A DNA stretch of 42,466 nt from an uncultured Candidatus Saccharibacteria bacterium (lineage in GTDB: Bacteria > Patescibacteriota > Minisyncoccia > Phycocordibacterales > JACOZG01), in NCBI GenBank assembly GCA_964361825.1, contig CAYICB010000007.1, forward strand, positions 1 through 42,466, given 5' to 3'. The notes under the pieces are model-generated. The model was not told the origin of the DNA. It was given only the letters and a program-made list of their open reading frames with translations, and searched no databases. Both the position numbers and the translations under genes were made by a program. Shown here piece by piece: positions 25,569 through 35,898 of the stretch. Within the stretch, counting starts at the first letter, position 1. Every line of letters starts with the position of its first letter.

Positions 25569-27503
25569 ATGATGCAAATTGTGCTTCATGAATTCAATAT
25601 TCTGATGGATCAGAAAGTTTACTTGCCGAATGTGTCTGGAATGTTGCGTGCGTACGCAGAATCAATCCCGGAGATTAGAAAAGGCTATCAATTTGCGCCG
25701 TTCCTCTTCGTTCGAGGGAAACCTGATTCGATTGTTGCACAATGGGATTCTCCGTCAGTCCTCGCCTTCTCTTCTTCCATGTGGAATCATCAACTGAATC
25801 TAACATTGGCGGCTCGTGCCCGCCAACTCTTTCCCGATGCACTAATTGTATTTGGTGGGCCACATCTTCCCACGGTAATCGAACAATTTTTTGTTGAATG
25901 CCCCTTTGTTGATGTGGCAGTTTTAGGGGAAGGAGAAGTTGCTTTCGCTGAAGTCTTACTTGTCCACGCAAAGAAAGGGGATCTAGCTACGGTTTCGGGA
26001 ATTGCTTTTCGATCTCCGGCAACCGGCAAAGGTGTTCGCACTCAGCCTGGAAAATTGGTAGATCTGAATGAACTCCCATCTCCCTATCTGGCTGGGTATT
26101 ATGATGACGCACTTTCTTCTAGAGGAGGGATGGAGTATCAAGTAATCCTGGAGACTAATCGTGGCTGCCCCTTTCGGTGCTCTTTTTGCTATTGGGGTAA
26201 CGGTGAGGCCAAGGTCAGACAATTCGATCTTGAGCGACTTCGACGTGAGATCGGCTGGCTCGCCGATAAAGAGATTCCCTATGTTTTTGGAGCGGATGCT
26301 AACTTCGGCATGATTCCTAGAGACAGGGAAATTGCCGAACTGTTTGCTGAGGCGAAAAGAAGTCGAGGGTGGCCCCGTAAATTCAGGGTTTGTTACGGGA
26401 AGAACGCAGCTGACAGAGTTTTCGATACTGCCAGGGTTTTGGAAGATAATGATCTTAGTAAAGGAGTGACGGTGTCCTTCCAAAGTACGGACCCAGAGAC
26501 ACTTATTCAGATAAACCGTAAGAATATTAAGCTTGAGGTGTATCGGGATTTGCTTAGACGATACCGTCAGGCTGGAATGAGGGTTTATACTGAACTAATA
26601 CTCGGTTTACCTGGTGAGACATACGAAAGTTTCTCGCGAGGAATCGAAGAAGTATTTCAGGCGGGGTTGTATGATCAAGTGGGGATATTTTTGTGTCAGG
26701 TATTACCCAACACAGAGATGGACTTCGAAGATTATCGTCGTAAACATAGAATTGAAACACGACGATTGGAACTTGTTGAGACACACTCCGTTCGACGATC
26801 ACCTGGTGAGGTCACAGAGTACGAAGACATTGTTGTCTCAACCAGAACAATGCCACTTACGGACTGGAAGCGAGCCGCTACTCTAGCTTGGATGGCCCAA
26901 ACACTGCATGGTCAGAAACTCGGTTTTTTTGTAGCTCTATACTTGTTCCAGCGTTTTGGTATAAAGTATACAGAACTGTTTGAGTATTTGATTGAAAGAG
27001 GTCAAGCTGCTAATTTTCCAATTTTCTCAAGAGAAATTACTAGGTATAGAGAGTACTTAGATGACCTGTTGTTGGGTAGACCACAGTGCGTCTTTCTCGA
27101 TGAGTTTGGGGAAATTTCATGGCAGACGGAAGAGGTGACCTTTCTTCATTTGTGTCACAACCCAGAGATGTTTTACGCCGAATTGGAAGAACTTGTGGGG
27201 CAACTGATTTCTCGTCGTGGAATTGAGTTTTGTCGCGACGAGTTATCTCAAGTGATTAAATACCAATTTGCCAGAATTTCCAGCCTGAATCTTGGCAAGC
27301 CAGAGTCGTATTTTTTCACTTACAATATCCCCCAGTATTTTGATTCACTGTTGAACGATGGTTCTTGTGAACTTATTGCCAAAGATCAAGAAATGCGAGT
27401 TCGTGTTATTGATTATGGCAATGACCCAAAAGAGTTTGCCCGTCAGGTGATTTGGTTCGGTCGTCGTGACTGTCGAACCCTCGAAGAGGTCACGTGGAAA
27501 TAG
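25569..27503 (+). CDS. Cobalamin-binding radical SAM protein
   Basis: IVFGGPH; GEGE; ETNRGCPFRCSFC (CxxxCxxC); DANFG; ILGLPGET. Confidence 0.9.
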   Translation: MMQIVLHEFNILMDQKVYLPNVSGMLRAYAESIPEIRKGYQFAPFLFVRGKPDSIVAQWDSPSVLAFSSSMWNHQLNLTLAARARQLFPDALIVFGGPHLPTVIEQFFVECPFVDVAVLGEGEVAFAEVLLVHAKKGDLATVSGIAFRSPATGKGVRTQPGKLVDLNELPSPYLAGYYDDALSSRGGMEYQVILETNRGCPFRCSFCYWGNGEAKVRQFDLERLRREIGWLADKEIPYVFGADANFGMIPRDREIAELFAEAKRSRGWPRKFRVCYGKNAADRVFDTARVLEDNDLSKGVTVSFQSTDPETLIQINRKNIKLEVYRDLLRRYRQAGMRVYTELILGLPGETYESFSRGIEEVFQAGLYDQVGIFLCQVLPNTEMDFEDYRRKHRIETRRLELVETHSVRRSPGEVTEYEDIVVSTRTMPLTDWKRAATLAWMAQTLHGQKLGFFVALYLFQRFGIKYTELFEYLIERGQAANFPIFSREITRYREYLDDLLLGRPQCVFLDEFGEISWQTEEVTFLHLCHNPEMFYAELEELVGQLISRRGIEFCRDELSQVIKYQFARISSLNLGKPESYFFTYNIPQYFDSLLNDGSCELIAKDQEMRVRVIDYGNDPKEFARQVIWFGRRDCRTLEEVTWK

Positions 27504-27512
27504 GAGGTGCTT

Positions 27513-27546
27513 AAAAGGCGGTGTCCAAACACCGCCTTTTCTTTTT
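27513..27546 (+). terminator. Intrinsic terminator
   Basis: aaaaggcggtgt-ccaa-acaccgcctttt then T-run. Confidence 0.85.
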
Positions 27547-27594
27547 GATTGTCAGTAATTAGTCGCTGTGTTAACCTTTAATTACCATACTTAC

Positions 27595-28176
27595 ATGCCC
27601 AAGGATGATTGGAAAAAAAATACAATTGTCAACCTGTTTTCTGCCAAGAAACTCTGGCCTTTCAAGGGGGGTGAGATAGTTTCTATTCTTGATGTCGCTT
27701 GCGGCCTTTCTCTAAAGTCAAAATTTATTCCGGCTCAAATTCGCGTCGGTGTCGATATTTATGAGAAATATTTTGATCATATTGAGTCGAATGTACCGTA
27801 TGTCGTGATAAAGCATGATGTCCGAAGATTGTCAGATATCTTTGTTCCAAAAAGTTTTGATTTAGTTATAGCCTTAGATGTAATTGAGCATCTTGAAAAA
27901 GCCGAATCACTTAGCATGATTAAACAGTGTGAAGCAGTCGCAAAAAAAGCGGTGGTTTTAGAGACTCCCGAAGGATATGTTCCCCAGGATATAGACATAT
28001 TGGGTCATGGTGGGCATGAATATCAAACACACCGATGTGGGTGGGAAGAGAAAGAACTTCAAGATCTCGGGTACAATGTTTTTTCGAGAGACTATGTTAT
28101 GAGTGATGTAAAAAGATTTTCAAAGCATAAGGTAGATCCACACATTAAATTACTGGAGGCAATAAAATTTTTTTAG
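27595..28176 (+). CDS. Class I SAM-dependent methyltransferase-like protein
   Basis: ILDVACG; FDLVIALDVIEHL. Confidence 0.8.
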   Translation: MPKDDWKKNTIVNLFSAKKLWPFKGGEIVSILDVACGLSLKSKFIPAQIRVGVDIYEKYFDHIESNVPYVVIKHDVRRLSDIFVPKSFDLVIALDVIEHLEKAESLSMIKQCEAVAKKAVVLETPEGYVPQDIDILGHGGHEYQTHRCGWEEKELQDLGYNVFSRDYVMSDVKRFSKHKVDPHIKLLEAIKFF

Positions 28177-28180
28177 AAAT

Positions 28181-29137
28181 ATGGCAAGAGTACTAATTAC
28201 TGGTAGTCGGGGGGTGATTGGATCATGGTTAACTGAGGTTCTCACAGAGAGGAAACACCAAATTTTTGGTATTGATCTGACCCATGATTTGGGTGAAATA
28301 GGGTGGGAACACACAATGTCTAAGGGGGATTTTTATTATTCTCGTTGTGATGTTGCTGATTTTAGACAACTGGAAAGGGTTTTCGAAAAGGCTGGACCAT
28401 TTAACTTTGTTTATCATTGCGCTGCTGAATTTGGTCGCTGGAACGGAGAAGATTTTTATGAGCAAGTTTGGCGCTCGAATGCCATCGGAACTAAGAATAT
28501 TATTAGGTTGCAAGAACGGTTGGGTTTTAAATTAATCCACTTCTCTTCCTCTGAAGTTTATGGAGATTTTGATGATGTTATGCACGAGAGTGTGATGGAC
28601 AAACATGAGATCAAACAAATGAATGATTACGCTCTTTCTAAATGGGTTAATGAACAACAGATTAGGAATTCAGCGATTAAGCACAAAACAGAAACAGTGA
28701 TAATTAGACTTTTTAATACTTACGGTCCAGGGGAGTGGTATCATCCATATCGGAGTGTAAATTGTAAATTTTGTTACCATCTCTTGCATGGTATACCGAT
28801 TGTTGTTTACCGCGGGCATTCTAGGACCTCTACTTATTTAGAAGACACAGCGAACGCCTTGGCAAACATAATCGACAACTTCATTCCTGGTGAAATTTAC
28901 AACATTGCCGGTGGTGAAGAACATGATATTGAACTTCTCGCTGATTTGACCAGACAACATTCAGGAGCAAAGAAATCATTGATCAAATTCCAAGACTCTG
29001 AAATTTTGACAACTAAAAGTAAAAAAGTTGATGCTAGCCGTGCGGCGAAACACCTTAAATTGAAACAAACGGTGGGGTTAGAAGAGGGGATTAAGCGTAC
29101 CATCGAGTGGATGAAAAAATATTATCGAATTAGTTAA
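28181..29137 (+). CDS. NAD-dependent sugar epimerase/dehydratase
   Basis: ITGSRGVIG; SSSEVYG; YALSK; RLFNTYGP. Confidence 0.9.
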   Translation: MARVLITGSRGVIGSWLTEVLTERKHQIFGIDLTHDLGEIGWEHTMSKGDFYYSRCDVADFRQLERVFEKAGPFNFVYHCAAEFGRWNGEDFYEQVWRSNAIGTKNIIRLQERLGFKLIHFSSSEVYGDFDDVMHESVMDKHEIKQMNDYALSKWVNEQQIRNSAIKHKTETVIIRLFNTYGPGEWYHPYRSVNCKFCYHLLHGIPIVVYRGHSRTSTYLEDTANALANIIDNFIPGEIYNIAGGEEHDIELLADLTRQHSGAKKSLIKFQDSEILTTKSKKVDASRAAKHLKLKQTVGLEEGIKRTIEWMKKYYRIS

Positions 29138-29142
29138 AATTT

Positions 29143-30252
29143 GTGTTTTTCTTCAGAAAAAATAAGCCCAATTTCGCGGTCATTCTTGGAACAAGACCAA
29201 ATTTTGTCAAAGCCGCCCCCTTTTTTCGGCGCGCTGTTAATCATCCGAACTTTAAGTTTACAGGGATTCATACGGGGCAACATTTTGATCAACAGATGTC
29301 AAAGATATTCTTTGACGAACTGGATATACCTCAACCAGAAATTACTCTGGAGATTGGGGGCGATAAGCATACAGAAAAAATTGGGAGAATGTTTGATTCT
29401 ATCAAGGATGTATTTAAACAAAATAAATTTGACGGGGTGGTAGTCTTTGGTGATGTTAATTCCACCTTGGCTGGAGCGTTGGCGGCGGTTAAAAGACAAT
29501 TGCCTCTTGTACACATTGAGGCTGGGCTACGTAGCCATGATCGTCGCATGCCGGAAGAGATTAATCGGGTAATTGTTGACCATCTGTCCGATTTGCTTTT
29601 TGCCTCCGAACCATCAGCGGTAGAAAATTTACATCGAGAGGGGGTAAAAGACAAAAAAATTAATTTGGTCGGAAACATTATGATTGAATCTCTCGAAATA
29701 TATCGAGATAAAATAGATCAATCAAAAATTTTGAATGAACTAGTTTTAAAACCGAAAAGCTATATTCTAGCCACCATCCACCGTCAAGAAAACACCGACA
29801 GTCCAATTCAAATAAAAAAAATTTTGGATTTATTGTCCGGCTTAAGTAGAAATGTAAAAATAATTTTGCCACTACATCCTGGGACAAGAAAACGAATTAC
29901 CAGTTATGGTTTAGATGAGTTGCTTAATCCGTTTAAGGTGATTGAACCGTTGGGCTATTTTGATTTCATGAAGTTAGTTAAATCGAGCTTGGGAGTAGTG
30001 ACTGATTCAGGGGGGATTCAAGAAGAAACATCCCACTTGGGAGTTCCCTGCGCCACACTAAGAGATAATACTGAACGTCCAATTACCCTAGAACTTGGTT
30101 CTAATAAGTTGTGTCCTGTCGAACAGACTAGCTCGGAGGAAATTTTTAAACATCTTAACCGAAGTGATTTCTTGCCCCACAATATTTCACTGTGGGACGG
30201 ACATGTTTCGGAGAGAATTTTTAAAACACTACAAACATGGTTCCACAGATGA
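29143..30252 (+). CDS. wecB: UDP-N-acetylglucosamine 2-epimerase (non-hydrolysing)
   Basis: GTRPNFVK; HTGQH; HIEAGLRS; MPEEINR; TDSGGIQEE; TERP. Confidence 0.93.
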   Translation: MFFFRKNKPNFAVILGTRPNFVKAAPFFRRAVNHPNFKFTGIHTGQHFDQQMSKIFFDELDIPQPEITLEIGGDKHTEKIGRMFDSIKDVFKQNKFDGVVVFGDVNSTLAGALAAVKRQLPLVHIEAGLRSHDRRMPEEINRVIVDHLSDLLFASEPSAVENLHREGVKDKKINLVGNIMIESLEIYRDKIDQSKILNELVLKPKSYILATIHRQENTDSPIQIKKILDLLSGLSRNVKIILPLHPGTRKRITSYGLDELLNPFKVIEPLGYFDFMKLVKSSLGVVTDSGGIQEETSHLGVPCATLRDNTERPITLELGSNKLCPVEQTSSEEIFKHLNRSDFLPHNISLWDGHVSERIFKTLQTWFHR

Positions 30253-30629
30253 AGCAAATAAACCTTTTTGTTCTTGGCGGGGCGGTTTCTTTTTTAATAA
30301 ACATAGTCACGACTTTTTTTCTCGTTGACTTTCTTGGTTTGTGGTACTTAGCATCGTCAATTATTGGTGCGGTCGTTAGTTGGTCAAGTTTTTTCTTGTT
30401 TAATCGTTTTTTCACTTTTTCTCACGACAATCTCCCAAACCTCTGGGGGGCGTATATTAAGAATATGTCGTTCTATGCGTTATCGTCCCCAATAGGTTTT
30501 TTCGCCATTTATTTTTTGACATCTGTTTTAGGACTACACTACTTGTTATCTGTGACCTTAGTGGCGGGAGGAATGTCAGTAATTAGTTTTTTCTTTAGCA
30601 AATTTTTTGTTTTCAATCATCTAGATTAA
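30249..30629 (+). CDS. GtrA-family membrane protein
   Basis: Four TM helices; FNRFFTF and SKFFVF ends. Confidence 0.75.
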   Translation: MKQINLFVLGGAVSFLINIVTTFFLVDFLGLWYLASSIIGAVVSWSSFFLFNRFFTFSHDNLPNLWGAYIKNMSFYALSSPIGFFAIYFLTSVLGLHYLLSVTLVAGGMSVISFFFSKFFVFNHLD

Positions 30630-30632
30630 TAT

Positions 30633-31307
30633 ATGAAAGCAGTTATTTTAGCCGCAGGCAGAGGGAGTAGGATGAGACCATTGACGGATAAAATTCCCAA
30701 GCCGTTGGTGGAAATTTATGGGCGAAGCTTCCTAGAACATATCGTTGAATCTCTCACAGATTTTGTTGACGAAATAATAGTGGTCATTGGTTATCGCGGT
30801 GACCAAATTAAAGATTTCCTTATTAAAAAATACCCTAAAATATCTTTTAAATTTGAGAGGCAAGAAACACTGAACGGGACCGGGCCGGCCCTATTGTTGA
30901 CCAAGAAATATTTTTTTGACCGCGAGCGTTTTTTTATTGTTTACGGTGACGAACTCTTAACAAAACAAGATGTTGAACATTGTTTAACTCATAAATTCAG
31001 TTGGCTGTGTCGACATTTCAATCAACCCCAAAATTCAGCAGTAATAACCTTAGACAAAGAGGGAAGAATTTCGTCGATTGCTGAAAAGCCTAAAATCCCA
31101 ACTTCTAATTTAGTTGCTGGTGGTTTAATTTTAACTAGCGCTGATATTTTTAATTATCAAACAAATGTTCACCACAAAGAAGAAGTGTATCTTACCGACA
31201 TGATGTCCGGGTTTATTGATGACAATGATGTATATTCGATTCAGGGAGTTGACGAGCTCTCTTTTTCGACAGTTGAAGATGTTGACAAGGTTAACAATAG
31301 AAAGTAA
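30633..31307 (+). CDS. Sugar-phosphate nucleotidyltransferase
   Basis: AVILAAGRGSRMRPLTDKIPKPL; YGD; EKP. Confidence 0.9.
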   Translation: MKAVILAAGRGSRMRPLTDKIPKPLVEIYGRSFLEHIVESLTDFVDEIIVVIGYRGDQIKDFLIKKYPKISFKFERQETLNGTGPALLLTKKYFFDRERFFIVYGDELLTKQDVEHCLTHKFSWLCRHFNQPQNSAVITLDKEGRISSIAEKPKIPTSNLVAGGLILTSADIFNYQTNVHHKEEVYLTDMMSGFIDDNDVYSIQGVDELSFSTVEDVDKVNNRK

Positions 31308-31310
31308 TCT
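31282..31310 (+). promoter_or_regulatory. Candidate sigma70 promoter for the second radical SAM gene
   Basis: TTGACA-17 bp-TAATCT. Confidence 0.6.
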
Positions 31311-31370
31311 GACGAAGGAGTCTGTGAAATCTACGATTAGAGAATAGCTCTTTGAAAGGGAGAAATCTCG

Positions 31371-32897
31371 ATGCTAAATAGAAATCGTGTATTATTGGTT
31401 TACCCCCCGAATCAGCTCATGGAAATTGAAACCCCACGACCAGATGGATCTCTGGGGCCGCTGTATTTAGCTGGGGCCTTGGAGCTGGCAGGATTTTCTG
31501 TCGATGTGCTGGATGCTTCTGTGGGAACGGCGGACGACTCTCTGGAGGAGACTTTTTACCGGAGTGTTAAGTTACCCAATGGTCTCACGCGAATCGGTAT
31601 GTCTCCAGATCGAATTGCCGAAGTAGTATCGACAGGGGAGTATGGTTTGGTTGGAATTAATTCAAACTTCACTCCTCAAACCAGAATGGCGCTTGAAGTC
31701 GCTTCCATCGTTAAGTCGGTTGATCCCAGTATCTTAGTGGTGGCCGGAGGTGTCAACGCCCGTAATTCGCTCAACAGGTTCTTTGCTGAAGGCAATGTTG
31801 ACCAAATTTGCCTGACCGAGGGAGATCGAATCTTTCCCATGATTGCCCAAACTTGGCGGCGTAAAGAAGACCTTCGGCATTTATACGGGGTTGCATTTCA
31901 AGATGGAGCTGGACAGATCGTGCGTAAATCAGCAAGGCCAGGAGACGTAGTCATTGATCTAGATGATCTACCCTTCCCCACTTGGGAGAAGTTGCCGTTT
32001 GGACATTATGATAAGATTTCCTCACCGCACGGCGTTTCAGCTGAAAAACAAAAACGTTATGCCCCGATCATGACCTCTCGGGGGTGTCCCTTCCGATGTT
32101 CCTTCTGCCACATCTCCGTCGAAAAAAGTATGGTGGGAGAAGTCGGAGACATTGGTTCACTTCGTCTCAAGTCAGTGGGAAGAGTGATCGAGGAAATCAA
32201 TCGACTGAGAGAACTCGGTGTAGAAAAAATCTTTTTTGAAGACGACAGTCTTTTGGCAAAAAAGGAACGAGTTCGACAAATCTTCAGCTCAGTGGTTGGT
32301 TGCGGTCTAAGCATCGCTGACGTCAACGGAGTAAATCTGGTTCATTTCCTGAAACGAGAGAATGGTCGTCTGGTAATCGACGTTGAGTATCTTGAGCTGT
32401 TGGCTGAATCAGGTTTTAACCAGATCGTTTTTCCCGTCGAGTCTGGCTCTCAGCGTATTTTAGACAAGTACGCAACAGCTAAACTTAATCTGAGAACCCT
32501 AGATGTCGTTGAGTTGGTGCGGTTAGCTAGACGGGCTGGGATAGTTTGTCCAATCAACATGATGATTGGTTTCCCCGATGAAACAGAAAAAGAGATGCGA
32601 GAGAGTATTGCCCTGGCGAAAAGACTGGTTGAGGCGGGGGCTGAGTACTGCACGTTTTTTATCCCGATCCCTTTCCCGGGTAGTAGTTTGTTCGAAACGG
32701 CTATTGCTGGAGGAAATCTCGATCGAGATTTTGATCCGGATAGTCTTAACTGGAAAAATGCAGTAATGAGGAATACCACTGTTCCAGCCGAACGCATTAT
32801 TGAAATACGCGATCAGGCGTGGCGAGAGGTGAACACAGCCCAACATGTAGCCATGCGCCTACAGGCAAGCATCGGGACTCGTTGGCAAGACAAATGA
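31371..32897 (+). CDS. Cobalamin-binding radical SAM protein
   Basis: SLGPLYLA; VAGG; TSRGCPFRCSFC; FEDD; ESGS; MIGFPDET. Confidence 0.9.
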   Translation: MLNRNRVLLVYPPNQLMEIETPRPDGSLGPLYLAGALELAGFSVDVLDASVGTADDSLEETFYRSVKLPNGLTRIGMSPDRIAEVVSTGEYGLVGINSNFTPQTRMALEVASIVKSVDPSILVVAGGVNARNSLNRFFAEGNVDQICLTEGDRIFPMIAQTWRRKEDLRHLYGVAFQDGAGQIVRKSARPGDVVIDLDDLPFPTWEKLPFGHYDKISSPHGVSAEKQKRYAPIMTSRGCPFRCSFCHISVEKSMVGEVGDIGSLRLKSVGRVIEEINRLRELGVEKIFFEDDSLLAKKERVRQIFSSVVGCGLSIADVNGVNLVHFLKRENGRLVIDVEYLELLAESGFNQIVFPVESGSQRILDKYATAKLNLRTLDVVELVRLARRAGIVCPINMMIGFPDETEKEMRESIALAKRLVEAGAEYCTFFIPIPFPGSSLFETAIAGGNLDRDFDPDSLNWKNAVMRNTTVPAERIIEIRDQAWREVNTAQHVAMRLQASIGTRWQDK

Positions 32898-32919
32898 TTC
32901 AAGGAGAAAATGGAATCTG

Positions 32920-32950
32920 GGACGGGATAATCATCCCGTCCTTTCTTTTT
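32920..32950 (+). terminator. Intrinsic terminator
   Basis: ggacgggat-aatc-atcccgtcc followed by tttctttt. Confidence 0.85.
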
Positions 32951-32978
32951 CTCGTATTTTTTGTATATTTAGATCGAC

Positions 32979-33911
32979 ATGAACAAGATATCAGTGATTG
33001 TTCCAATTTTTAACGAAGAAAAACTGCTAAAAGAATTACACACACGCCTCATTGAGGCAATGACAAAGTTTAATTCATCATTTGAAATTATTTTTGTCAA
33101 TGACGGTTCATTGGACAAAACAGGGGAGGTGGGGAAAAAGATTCCTTCTCTGACCATAATTACATTGCAACGTAATTATGGTCAAACAGCAGCCTTAGAT
33201 GTGGGGATTAGTCACGCTACAGGTGATATCATCGTATTAATTGACGCCGATCTTCAAAATGATCCACAAGACATTGGTTTATTGTTAGGTAAAATAAATG
33301 ACGGCTATGATGTGGTTGTTGGTTGGAGACAAGGAAGAAAAGATCATTGGATTAGAAAACTTTTTTCTAAATTAGCCAATATGATTGCGCGTAAATTACT
33401 TGATTTGGACATTCATGATTTTGGCTGTGGTCTTAAGGTGTATCGAAGTAAGTTTATAAAAGATTTTCCCCTCTGGGGGGAGTCTCAAGTATTTCTCCCT
33501 GCGGTAGCAAAGCAACGAGGGGCAAAAATTATTGAAGTGCCAATTCCTCATTATCCGAGAGAGGTCGGGGTTTCCAAGATCAAGATCATGAACATGGTTA
33601 AGGGGATCTTTGATCTTTTGGGGATTGTCTTTTTTGTTCGTTATGCCGCTAAACCACTCCGGTTTTTTGGTGGTTTAGGATTGATTTCTGGAATATTGGC
33701 AGCCATCTCTTTTATTGTGGCGATAGTCCTACGAATACAGGGAATATTAAATTTCACAGAAACACCACTACCCGTGGTTGGTACATCGTTTACAATTTTG
33801 TCGGTTTTACTATTTATGATCGGATTTTTAGCTGAAATGTTGTTGCGTTTGCATTATACCCTAACAAAATCTTCGCCCCACCTGATCAAGGAGATCAAAA
33901 TAAATAAGTAA
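32979..33911 (+). CDS. GT2 polyprenol-phosphate glycosyltransferase (ArnC/GtrB-like)
   Basis: VPIFNEE; VNDGS; RNYGQ; IDADLQNDP; two C-terminal TM helices. Confidence 0.9.
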   Translation: MNKISVIVPIFNEEKLLKELHTRLIEAMTKFNSSFEIIFVNDGSLDKTGEVGKKIPSLTIITLQRNYGQTAALDVGISHATGDIIVLIDADLQNDPQDIGLLLGKINDGYDVVVGWRQGRKDHWIRKLFSKLANMIARKLLDLDIHDFGCGLKVYRSKFIKDFPLWGESQVFLPAVAKQRGAKIIEVPIPHYPREVGVSKIKIMNMVKGIFDLLGIVFFVRYAAKPLRFFGGLGLISGILAAISFIVAIVLRIQGILNFTETPLPVVGTSFTILSVLLFMIGFLAEMLLRLHYTLTKSSPHLIKEIKINK

Positions 33912-33912
33912 A

Positions 33913-35898
33913 ATGAAAACAATCCCCAAGGTAATTCTTATTGGAGCCGGGAGATTTGGGAAAAATCATCTAAGGATCCTCTCAGATTTCCATGCCAAAG
34001 GATTGATTGAGTTGATTGCTGTAATTGTTAATAAAGAAAAAAATGTACAAAAATTATCTTCCAAGATATTTTTTCCTGTTTTTTCTAAGATATCAACTGG
34101 TTTATTAAAAACAGTAGACGCGGTTATTATTGTCACACCAAGTAATACCCATTTTAAACTTACAAGCCGTTGTATAAAATTTTGTGATGTTTTTGTGGAA
34201 AAACCACTCACAGAAGACAGTAAACAAGCAAGGAAATTAATTAAATTGGCAAAAAAAAATAACAACAAATTAATGGTTGGACACATTTTTAGATTTCATC
34301 CGGCGATTGGGGTGATTAAAAAATTACTCAACAAAAGATCGTTACCGGTGAGTGTGGACGGATCATTTATAAGTCCGATAAAAACTTGGCGCGGAGAAAA
34401 GCCGGCGTTTGAAGAGTTGCATTGGTGGGATATGATGGATTATTTTTTTAACTCAAAAGTTCGTAAGGTTTGGTCAAGTGGGGGGGAAAGCTTCATAAAA
34501 ACAAGTATAAGGTATTCAAATAACATTGATGCCAATTTTAATCTGGGTTGGCTTGGAGAGGTCAAAGAAAGATTGTTGAAATTTAATTTCAGTAAAGAAA
34601 GTATTACCGTTGATTTTCAAGCCGGGACTGTTGTTCTTAAGGGGGGAAAAACAAACAAAAGTTTTACTTGTTCATCGGTTAAGGAACCATTAAGATCCGA
34701 ACTTGAGACCTTTTTAAAACTAATCAGTAATGGCAATATATCATATCCGAATGGAGGCGTAGGGGAGAGGATTGTTGGTGTTGCAAGTTCAGTGATTAAA
34801 AGTTCGGATCACAACAAAAACATCGTGGCAGTAATTGGTGGCGGTATTTTTGGGGTTACAACAGCCATTGCTCTGAGTGATGATTTTAAAGTAACTCTTT
34901 TTGAAAAAAATGAGGATCTAATGTTGGAAGCCACTCGTCTAAATCAATATCGGCACCATTCGGGTTATCATTACCCACGTAGCTCAGAAACAGTTCGAGA
35001 AATTATTAACGCCACAAAGGATTTTGACGAGTGGTATGGAAAGGCGGTAAGGTATGATTTTGAAAGCTATTATTGCGTGGCGAATAAAAACTCCCTAACT
35101 TCCAAGAAAGATTTCATTAAATTTTGTTCGAATTTTGATCTCCCGTGTAAAGATGTTGTGCCAGATGGTAAAATAATAAATAAAGATAATATTGATGGTT
35201 GTTTTAGTGTAAATGAGGGAATATACAACTACAAAATTTTGTTTGACATTATTACAAAAAAAATAAAAGAGAAAAAGATAATTTTAAAATTAAACACCCC
35301 AATAACTAATTCCGAATTAATGTCTGATGGCAAAAAGAAATTATATTTTGCAGACGGCCATAAGGAAAAAAATGAAAGTTTTGATTATGTAATTAATTGT
35401 ACCTATTCCAATTATAACTTATTACCCAATTGGCTTGGCTTTGCTAAAAAAGAAATTGAACTCAGACTCAAGGAATTTATTTTGATTCGTATCCCAAAAC
35501 AACCGCCATTTTCAGCAACGATTGTAGATGGTCCATTTGCGACTGTTGTGACCACTGGGGAGGATGAATTGTTTACTTTCGGTGATGTCCCCCTGTCTAT
35601 TAGAGCAGTGGGTGATGGACGAAGGGGGGACGGAACCATTTTGAAAAAACTACCGAAATATTCTCTCTGGGAAAACATGAGAGATAGGTGTAAGAGATGG
35701 TTTCCTATTTTAGATAAGGCTGAGTATGTTGAGTCGAGGTACTCGGTTTTACCAATCGATAAGTCATCTCAGGAGAATGATTCTCGCCTCAGTGAAGTGA
35801 CTTATCATGGGTTTGGTTGCTACTCAGTTCTTGGTGGAAAAGTAATTACAAGTGTCACAACAGGTAAGGATATTTTAAAAAGAATAAAAAATGAATAA
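33913..35898 (+). CDS. Fusion of Gfo/Idh/MocA oxidoreductase and FAD-dependent oxidoreductase
   Basis: GAGRFG...VFVEKP...VGHIFRF; second Rossmann VIGGGIFG; HSGYHYPRS. Confidence 0.8.
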   Translation: MKTIPKVILIGAGRFGKNHLRILSDFHAKGLIELIAVIVNKEKNVQKLSSKIFFPVFSKISTGLLKTVDAVIIVTPSNTHFKLTSRCIKFCDVFVEKPLTEDSKQARKLIKLAKKNNNKLMVGHIFRFHPAIGVIKKLLNKRSLPVSVDGSFISPIKTWRGEKPAFEELHWWDMMDYFFNSKVRKVWSSGGESFIKTSIRYSNNIDANFNLGWLGEVKERLLKFNFSKESITVDFQAGTVVLKGGKTNKSFTCSSVKEPLRSELETFLKLISNGNISYPNGGVGERIVGVASSVIKSSDHNKNIVAVIGGGIFGVTTAIALSDDFKVTLFEKNEDLMLEATRLNQYRHHSGYHYPRSSETVREIINATKDFDEWYGKAVRYDFESYYCVANKNSLTSKKDFIKFCSNFDLPCKDVVPDGKIINKDNIDGCFSVNEGIYNYKILFDIITKKIKEKKIILKLNTPITNSELMSDGKKKLYFADGHKEKNESFDYVINCTYSNYNLLPNWLGFAKKEIELRLKEFILIRIPKQPPFSATIVDGPFATVVTTGEDELFTFGDVPLSIRAVGDGRRGDGTILKKLPKYSLWENMRDRCKRWFPILDKAEYVESRYSVLPIDKSSQENDSRLSEVTYHGFGCYSVLGGKVITSVTTGKDILKRIKNE

